32,000 bases of DNA from Bacillota bacterium (GTDB taxonomy: Bacteria; Bacillota; Desulfotomaculia; Desulfotomaculales; Desulfocucumaceae). The stretch is taken from NCBI GenBank assembly GCA_049323615.1, contig JBMOPD010000007.1, positions 39,232 to 71,231 of the forward strand. The letters run 5' to 3'. Below, piece after piece: positions 23,794-29,852 of the stretch; position 1 is the stretch's first letter, and each line of letters begins with the position of its first letter. Below the pieces are notes generated by a model, which ran no database searches, had not been told where the DNA came from, and saw nothing but the letters and a program-made list of their open reading frames with translations. A program made the translations under genes and the position numbers.

Positions 23794-23854
23794 TCACCCC
23801 GCCACTGCCGGCCTGTTTACTTGACCGGGGAGGACCGGCAGTGGCGATTTTTTT
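23747..23854 (+). ncRNA. Candidate ~105-nt small RNA between the ppsA-like gene and the regulator gene
   Basis: It is bounded by the promoter at 23712-23740 and the terminator at 23800-23854 and contains two strong hairpins. No ATG or RBS is present. Confidence 0.3.
23800..23854 (+). terminator. Plus-strand intrinsic terminator (12-bp stem plus T7)
   Basis: CGCCACTGCCGG (23800-23811) pairs with CCGGCAGTGGCG (23835-23846). Seven T follow at 23848-23854. The U-run is on the plus-strand side only. Confidence 0.6.
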
Positions 23855-23863
23855 GGCTTTGCC

Positions 23864-26302
23864 TTACCTCATTCCCTCAATCATCTTTAGGGCCAGCTGC
23901 ACCTGCAGATTGGTCTCGGGGTGGCTTAAATTTATTCCGGCTATTTCGGATATACGCCTCAGCCTGTATTTCATGGTGCTGGAATTCATGAACCCGTTGC
24001 GGGCCGCTTTCTGAATGTTGCAGTTGTTGTTGAAATAAAGCATCAGGGTCTGCACCAGGTGGGAATTGTGTTTTTCGTCGTATTTCAACAGGGGGCCGAT
24101 GACGCGGTCAATAAACTTTTTAAACTGTTCCGCGTTGATATTGAGCAGGCCGAAAACACCAAGCAACTCGTGGGCCTGGCATTTGTTCCGGTAGTTCAGC
24201 GACTTGATTATATCAATGGTTATGCAGGCCTCCTGGTACGAGGCGGCAAACCCGGACACGCCCCGGCAGGGCGAACTGATGCCCGCCCGCCAGATGTAAT
24301 CCGGAAAAATGTCGTTGAATCTTCTCTCCATTTCCCCGGTCATGTTCCGCAAGTGGGTGGCCGCCTGTTTTTCCCGGGTTTCATCCAGAATTAAAAGGCC
24401 AATTATGTTTACCTTTTTCCCGATAACCACTATATTGGGGGATACCTGGCTGACCACCCGGTCCACAGCCTGAAAGAGGCTTTTCCCTTTACAGTAGCTC
24501 TCCGGCGGGGCAACGGCGGCTTTGGGAATAAAATCGATGGCCACCACCCTGAAAGTCCCGGTCAGGTCCAGCCCCAATTTCTCGGCCCGGCGGATAATCA
24601 CTTCCTCGTTATCAAGCTTCCCTTCCAGCAATTCTTCCAAAAAGTCTTTCTTAAGCCTCCTTTCGGTCTCAAAGGAGGCCTTCTGTTTGAGCAAATCCAG
24701 GGCAATGACGGTCCCGGCATGCTCAACGGCCATGCAGTCCAGCTGGCTGAGAGGCCGGTTGCCCTCCAGGGTGGCGACAAAGCCCAGGTTATCACTGCCG
24801 GCCATTATGGAGGCCACCACCAGGTTAGACTGGGGATTTGATTTCTTTGCCGCCGCAATATTGATTAAACGTTTCTCGGCAAAAAGAGTGGCCATTTTTT
24901 CCCTGAACCGGGCCTCCTGTATGGTGTCCTGCCAGACCTGCCCGATATCCCCCGCGCCGCCCCCGGGAACCGAGCTTGATATGATATTGAAGAACTGGTC
25001 TGCGATAATCACCGGGCGGGATAAAATAACGGCCAGGTTGCGGCCTATTTCCTCCAGGCCGTGGCCCTCCAGCACCAGGGAGGTAAGCCGGTTGTGAATG
25101 TGCGTGGATTTTTGCAGCGCCTCGTGCTCGGCCAAAAGCAGGCTGTTGACCCGGTACAGCTCGGCGATATTCTCCTGCAGCTTTTGATTGGTGTGCTCAT
25201 AAACCCGGGCATTGCCCAGGGCTACGGCGGAATGGGCCCCCAGAAACCCGAGTATTTCCCTGTCATGCTGGGAAAATTGCCCCCCGCCGCTTTTATTGAT
25301 CACAATCAGGGCGCCGATCAGCTCTTTCCTCAAATAAAGGGGAATCCCCAGCAGGCCTTTTATCTCAATATCCAGTCCCTGGATGGCCCGGGGAACACCG
25401 TAGCTTTCCACCGGCTCCCGGCTTTCCAATATGGAAGTGACCAGGCCCGAGGATTCGGTGAGCACCCGGGTGTTTATTTTCTCCCGGCCCATCGTTTCAT
25501 AAAGCAGTATCCTTTTTTTCCTTTCGGTGACCACGGCCATAACCGCCTTTTGGGCCCGCAGCAGTTTTTGCGCGTAATCCACCGTTTTTACCGGCATGTT
25601 GCTGGAGCTGAGATTGGTGCTGATGTCAATTATGGCCTGGTTCATGGCCTGCCATGTTTTTGCCCTCTCCCGCTCCTCCTCCAGCAGGGTCTGAAAATTT
25701 TTGAGCACCGTATTTCTATTTAAATCCTTTATATTGCGGGCCGCCTGCCCGTTCCATTCCTCCAGGGACCTCATTTCATAGCGGCAGTATGGGTCTCCCA
25801 TGCCCCGGCACATGGTCTCCACACAAACCACATCCCGCCCCATAAAACCGGACCCGAAACCGCTGGTATACCCGGTAAGGGTCCAGCAGACGGGTTCTTT
25901 TGCCCGGCCGTACTTAAGCAGGTAATTTTCGGCCTCATATGAATTTCGCCAGATCCCGCGCATGAGAAAGGCGCCGCTTTGGCGGTCAAACTTCAGCTCG
26001 TCACAGGTGGCGTGCACCATGCCCTCCAGGGTATGCATCATGGGCCCCGCCAGCATCCAATCGGCATCGCTTTTAAAAGTGAAGAATTCCCGGGAGGCCA
26101 TCACGTCAAAGTGTCCGCAGCGGTATCCAAAACGGGTAAGGATATTGCGGGCCATATCTTCTCCCAGGTTCCTCACCAGTTCTTCCCTTAACCGGAACAG
26201 GGAATCGGCCCGGAAAAGCAGCATCCGGTTGCCGCGCAGGCTTATTATCCCCTCATCCGGATTTATGTCAAGGAGTTCCGTCACCACAAAATCTGGAACC
26301 AC
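23864..26302 (-). CDS. Transcriptional regulator: XylR/DmpR-type aromatic-sensing N-terminal domain (XylR_N + V4R) - GAF - PucR-family C-terminal HTH
   Basis: 812 aa with a GTG start after AGGGGGG. The N-terminus GIISLRGNRMLLFRADSLFRLREELV..ILTRFGYRCG..PVCWTLTGYTSGFGSGFMG..CRGMGDPYCRYE matches the A-domain of phenol/xylene sensors. A central GAF-like block follows. The C-terminus IQKAARNGFMNSSTMKYRLRRISEIAGI is a PucR-type HTH. No sigma54 AAA+ motifs (GAFTGA, Walker A) are present. Confidence 0.85.
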   Translation of the reverse strand: MVPDFVVTELLDINPDEGIISLRGNRMLLFRADSLFRLREELVRNLGEDMARNILTRFGYRCGHFDVMASREFFTFKSDADWMLAGPMMHTLEGMVHATCDELKFDRQSGAFLMRGIWRNSYEAENYLLKYGRAKEPVCWTLTGYTSGFGSGFMGRDVVCVETMCRGMGDPYCRYEMRSLEEWNGQAARNIKDLNRNTVLKNFQTLLEEERERAKTWQAMNQAIIDISTNLSSSNMPVKTVDYAQKLLRAQKAVMAVVTERKKRILLYETMGREKINTRVLTESSGLVTSILESREPVESYGVPRAIQGLDIEIKGLLGIPLYLRKELIGALIVINKSGGGQFSQHDREILGFLGAHSAVALGNARVYEHTNQKLQENIAELYRVNSLLLAEHEALQKSTHIHNRLTSLVLEGHGLEEIGRNLAVILSRPVIIADQFFNIISSSVPGGGAGDIGQVWQDTIQEARFREKMATLFAEKRLINIAAAKKSNPQSNLVVASIMAGSDNLGFVATLEGNRPLSQLDCMAVEHAGTVIALDLLKQKASFETERRLKKDFLEELLEGKLDNEEVIIRRAEKLGLDLTGTFRVVAIDFIPKAAVAPPESYCKGKSLFQAVDRVVSQVSPNIVVIGKKVNIIGLLILDETREKQAATHLRNMTGEMERRFNDIFPDYIWRAGISSPCRGVSGFAASYQEACITIDIIKSLNYRNKCQAHELLGVFGLLNINAEQFKKFIDRVIGPLLKYDEKHNSHLVQTLMLYFNNNCNIQKAARNGFMNSSTMKYRLRRISEIAGINLSHPETNLQVQLALKMIEGMR

Positions 26303-26433
26303 GGAACTACCCCCCTATAAATTTACTGAACTGTCTGAATTTTAAGGTTATTTTAGCACGGCAGCGGGAAACTGCCTATCCCCCGTACAGGTTGAAAATT
26401 TATAATGACAATTTAGCCACAATGGACAAATAT

Positions 26434-27044
26434 TTATTTAACCGTACGGTTGATACGGTAGTAGCGGCTGCCCTCCCTGGCCATCCGGTCAACAAGAGAG
26501 GAAGGATTTCTCCCGGCGATCACCTGGAGATGAGGGTGAATCATCGACCCGCCGGCATAGGGCATGTAGTTCCAGTTAACCGTCCCGTAGCGGGCGTTGT
26601 CCGGGTCTTTACGGGCGGCTATCCGCAGGAATTCCAGTGCGGCACTGAGGCTTTGCTCCAGCATTGCCGGTGTCATTTCCCCCATGCCGACAAAATGGTC
26701 CGGGCCCATCACCACAACCCCGTTGTATGATTCGTACACACTGAGGTTGGGTACCACCACCGCCTGACCCGACCGGAGCCTGCCGGTGGGGATAAATTCC
26801 TCCAAAAACCGGGGCGTTGTATTTTCTATATTTTCCGGGCAAAAGGGACAAAGGCGGCTGTCGTATCCGGCCACAAAGGGTCTCCAGTCATGCCTGTCCA
26901 GCTTAAACGTCTTGGAATGAAAAATCCGTGACAGCTGGCTGGCGGGTCATACCTGATCTCGCTGTGGAATTGGGTAATCTCAAAATTATCCCTGGGGTTA
27001 TGAAATACAGATTTTACTATACTCCTTTTGAAGTTGAACTTCAT
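26434..27044 (-). pseudogene. Galactose-1-phosphate uridylyltransferase (GalT/HIT-like) family gene remnant, frameshifted and C-terminally truncated
   Basis: Two ORF fragments (26826-27059 and 26434-26874) join if one nucleotide is added or removed near 26940-26948, within GACCCGCCAGCCAGC. The joined product contains CPFCPEN and HPHLQV motifs but is only ~200 aa, against ~330 aa expected. The likely true start is ATG 27044 after GAAGGAGGG. Confidence 0.7.
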
Positions 27045-27106
27045 GAAACCCTCCTTCACATTTTAATACCGGAAAATAAAGTTAGTGTTTTGTATTAATT
27101 GTAACA

Positions 27107-27138
27107 AGGAAAAATAAAAAACCCTGTCGAAAGGGTTT
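27107..27138 (-). terminator. Minus-strand intrinsic terminator upstream of the GalT-like remnant
   Basis: AAACCCT (27119-27125) pairs with AGGGTTT (27132-27138) around a 6-nt loop. On the minus-strand RNA it is followed by UUUUAUUUUU. Confidence 0.5.
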
Positions 27139-27365
27139 CGGCCAAAGATTATATTCTCTTATTTTTTGTTTTCAGCCCCGGGGCGAAATACATCTGGTAA
27201 CTCCAAAAGCGGTTTAATCTCCACAGCAACCACCCGGTAAGATAATACCACCTTTTTCCCTGCCTATTTTATCAAAAAATAAATAGATAACACAGCGCCC
27301 TGGGGGATTGTAAAAGGATCCGGCATCCCTGCATAGAATAAATTATCTATAAAGGAGAGGTTGAC

Positions 27366-27707
27366 ATGAAGTGGCTTTTATTCCTGGCTATAAACGCGGC
27401 GGCCCTCCTGGCGGCCGACTGGGTGCTGGCCGGCATCCATATCTCCGGGTTGATCCCGGCACTAATCGCGGCCTTTGCCCTGGGGGTGGTGAACACCCTG
27501 ATCAGGCCGGTGCTGGTGCTGATTACCCTCCCCATCACCGTTGTCACCCTGGGGCTTTTTATCTTTGTGGTCAACGCCCTGTCCTTCGCCCTGGCGGCAT
27601 TCCTGGTCCCCGGCTTCCACGTGTACAGCTTCGGGGGGGCCTTCTGGGGAGCCATAATCACCAGCCTGGTCAGCTGGGCCCTCAGCCGGCTGGCCGAGTC
27701 AAAATAA
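27366..27707 (+). CDS. 4-TM membrane protein of the phage holin family IV / DUF360 (YvlD-like)
   Basis: 113 aa with RBS AAGGAGAGG. The sequence LIRPVLVLITLPITVVTLGLFIFVVNALSFALAA is typical of this family, and four hydrophobic helices are present. Confidence 0.8.
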   Translation: MKWLLFLAINAAALLAADWVLAGIHISGLIPALIAAFALGVVNTLIRPVLVLITLPITVVTLGLFIFVVNALSFALAAFLVPGFHVYSFGGAFWGAIITSLVSWALSRLAESK

Positions 27708-27831
27708 CTGATCAATTAAAAATTGCCCTTGGCGCTGAGGCCGGGTACCCCGGCTTCTTCCATTTGAAATATTAATTGACATACTAAACGCCCAAACCGC
27801 CGGGAAACATAGTTTTCAAGGGGGTGGAAAA

Positions 27832-27972
27832 TTGAAAAAGGAAAAAAAGGAAATTAACAAGACGCCCATGACCACCAAGACCGGCGGCAAAGACGACAAG
27901 TCCCCGTCCACCATCAAGGAACCCCCGTACCACGACCTGCCCATCGACCTGACCGGGCCGGTGCGGGGGTGA
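27832..27972 (+). CDS. Candidate 46-aa hydrophilic small protein
   Basis: A TTG start lies 5 nt after AAGGGGGTGGA. The product is LKKEKKEINKTPMTTKTGGKDDKSPSTIKEPPYHDLPIDLTGPVRG. A strong terminator follows immediately. It is not in the ORF track, which lists an antisense 79-aa ORF instead. Confidence 0.4.
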   Translation: MKKEKKEINKTPMTTKTGGKDDKSPSTIKEPPYHDLPIDLTGPVRG

Positions 27973-27984
27973 TAGTTCCAGATT

Positions 27985-28018
27985 ATAAACCCACCGGTAC
28001 GGTGGGTTTATATGTTTT
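27985..28018 (+). terminator. Intrinsic terminator (perfect 12-bp stem)
   Basis: ATAAACCCACCG-GTA-CGGTGGGTTTAT is followed by ATGTTTT. Confidence 0.75.
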
Positions 28019-28029
28019 GGCACAGGCAG

Positions 28030-28173
28030 TATAATTCAAAATATTTAATCTCTGCTGCATTAAGAAAAAGACCTGGAAAATTGGCTGGAGGAGATGCCGG
28101 AGATTCAAAACAAGTACTGGAAAAATGCTGGTGGGAAAAGGGCCCCGGATTGAATAGGGGTCCTGTGTTTTTT
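28030..28173 (+). ncRNA. Candidate small RNA or terminator-containing leader upstream of the cyclase-NTase gene
   Basis: A TATAAT box lies at 28030-28035. An imperfect direct repeat pairs CTGGAAAATTGGCTGG (28073-28088) with CTGGAAAAATGCTGG (28117-28131). There are 7 GGA triplets in about 100 nt. The terminator lies at 28139-28173. Confidence 0.3.
28139..28173 (+). terminator. Intrinsic terminator 93 nt upstream of the cyclase-NTase start codon
   Basis: AGGGCCCC (28139-28146) pairs with GGGGTCCT (28157-28164), giving 8 bp including one G-U pair, around a 10-nt loop. GTGTTTTTT follows. Confidence 0.55.
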
Positions 28174-28265
28174 GTTGGATTGTTATGTCAGAAAAAAGGA
28201 ATATTCCACCAGATATAGAAAGGGATTAATGTGAATCCTTAAAGAAGTTAGCGGAGGGAACAAAA

Positions 28266-29840
28266 TTGGCCCCGTCCTTACTTATGCAATACCAGCAGCT
28301 GGGCAAGCTGGAATCGCTGTGCATCGCCTTTTTCGACCTGGTGGATTCAACCTACCTTAAAAAGAAATTGGGCCAGACCCGGGGAGTGGACCTGGCGGTA
28401 AGCCACAACAGGCTGGCGGCCGGTATCTGCCAGCAATTCAGGGGCAGGGTGGTCAAGCATATCGGAGATTCCATAATGGTGGTCTTCGATACCCCCCTGG
28501 AGGGCATGCTGGCCGCCCTGGAATTTATAAGCTCGATAAACAAGGACCGGTTGCCCTTCCGCACCAAGGCGGGGCTGACTCACGGCATCGTCACCCGGGT
28601 GGATATTGACGGCGCCGATTACCTCGGGCAGGCGGTGGACCGCAGCGCCCGCCTGACCGGCCAGGCCCTGCCCAACCAGGTGCTGACGGATGAAACGACC
28701 ATGGACATAATCAAGCCCTTCATGGGGGATTTCAGCCAGATAATCTCCCGCTTCCTCGGAGTGCGTGATTTAAAGGGGATTGGCAAAGTTCCGGTCTACG
28801 AGGTGGCCCCGGCGGACTCCGGCTTTATCAACGAGGACGACCCGGTTGTGGAAGTGCAGGTGGGGTCCCCGGAGCCCGTAAAAAGCAGGCCGGCGCCAGC
28901 AGCCGCTTCCGATGCCCGGCTCCGGCTGCCGCCGCTGGCGGTGCCGCAGCCGGCCGGGCCGCTGGTGGTTGATGAGCCGCTGGGAAAAGTACTGGAATGC
29001 TGTACAATGTCCAGGGCCGAATTGGACTCGGTGGCCATCGGCTACCAGAACCTCAGCCACCTGCTGGAAAAGGCCCACGATATGCATATCCGCCAGGTGG
29101 TCTTAAGCGGGTCCTTTGCCCGGGGAACCATGGTCCGGCCGCTGGCGCCGGTTGACGTGATTGCGGTGATGGCACCCCCGGCGGACCAGCAGCAGGGGGT
29201 TAAGGAGACCTTACAGCATCTGGATCAGTATTTATCCAGGGTATACCCCGGTTCCACGTCCATTCAATCAGAGCGGTGCGTCAACCTCTCCATGGAGGGG
29301 ATAGAGTTTTCGGTTATCCCGGTTTTGGCCGTGATTGAAAACGGGCAGGGCCGGCTGCTGACCCCCAGCCAGTCGGGAGGATTCTGGGTGCCCCGCAACC
29401 CGGCGCTGCCCGAGCAGTGGCTGGAACAGGCGGTGAAACGCAACGGGCCCGTCTTTTTACCCTTCCTGCTGCTGATCAAGGCGTGGCAGAGGATTAATTG
29501 CAATTACATCAATTCTTTCCACCTGGAATTGCTTACTGATTTGATTGCCTCCCAAACCGGCCTGGAATTGTCCTTTGCATCGCTACACCAGTGGTTTCAG
29601 TATGCATACCAGTACCTGAGCCAAAATAAAAAGCCTTTTATCAAGGAACCCGGCCAGTCAAATCTATACATCGATGACTACATGTATGCCAACAGCCTGA
29701 CTTTCAACAGGTTCAGCCGCATACTGACCGAGTCCTACAACCTGGCCAGGCAGGGCATTGCCTATCTTAAAGCCGGGGAGCCCAAAACAGCCATGACCAG
29801 GTGGAAAGCGCTGTTTGGGCCGTATATGGAGGAGGTGTAG
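28266..29840 (+). CDS. Fusion protein: N-terminal class III adenylate/guanylate-type nucleotidyl cyclase domain + C-terminal Pol-beta-superfamily (CD-NTase/SMODS/OAS-like) nucleotidyltransferase domain
   Basis: 524 aa with a TTG start 7 nt after GGAGGG. Cyclase motifs are FFDLVDST, VVKHIGDSIMVVF, GADYLGQAVDRSARL and LKGIGKVPVYEV. A P/A-rich linker spans ~190-235. NTase-like motifs are LSGSFARGTMVRPLAPVDVIAVM, IEFSVIPV and FLLLIKAWQRINCNYINSFHLELL. Confidence 0.8.
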   Translation: MAPSLLMQYQQLGKLESLCIAFFDLVDSTYLKKKLGQTRGVDLAVSHNRLAAGICQQFRGRVVKHIGDSIMVVFDTPLEGMLAALEFISSINKDRLPFRTKAGLTHGIVTRVDIDGADYLGQAVDRSARLTGQALPNQVLTDETTMDIIKPFMGDFSQIISRFLGVRDLKGIGKVPVYEVAPADSGFINEDDPVVEVQVGSPEPVKSRPAPAAASDARLRLPPLAVPQPAGPLVVDEPLGKVLECCTMSRAELDSVAIGYQNLSHLLEKAHDMHIRQVVLSGSFARGTMVRPLAPVDVIAVMAPPADQQQGVKETLQHLDQYLSRVYPGSTSIQSERCVNLSMEGIEFSVIPVLAVIENGQGRLLTPSQSGGFWVPRNPALPEQWLEQAVKRNGPVFLPFLLLIKAWQRINCNYINSFHLELLTDLIASQTGLELSFASLHQWFQYAYQYLSQNKKPFIKEPGQSNLYIDDYMYANSLTFNRFSRILTESYNLARQGIAYLKAGEPKTAMTRWKALFGPYMEEV

Positions 29841-29852
29841 GCGGGACAGGGA

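Noticed and set aside
27347-27715. A 122-aa minus-strand ORF and a 134-aa plus-strand alternative-frame ORF overlapping the holin-family gene.
   Set aside because: The 113-aa plus-strand frame has a strong RBS and a recognisable 4-TM family sequence. The others are frame or strand shadows.
28023-28040. A possible sigma54 promoter, because of TGGCAC at 28023-28028.
   Set aside because: The required downstream TTGC(A/T) element at the correct spacing is absent (the sequence is AGGCAGTATAA). The TATAAT box fits a sigmaA -10 element better.
27784-28218. Track ORFs 27784-28023 (minus, 79 aa) and 28012-28218 (plus, 68 aa).
   Set aside because: Both run across strong intrinsic terminator hairpins and lack RBSs. 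The region is better explained by the small plus-strand ORF with its terminator and by a non-coding leader or sRNA.
27366-29840. Calling the holin-family gene plus the cyclase-NTase gene a bona fide Pycsar or CBASS operon.
   Set aside because: The TM protein has no cyclic-nucleotide-sensing domain, and two terminators and a separate small ORF intervene. The NTase catalytic residues appear degenerate, and no known effector domain is present. I report it as a hypothesis only.
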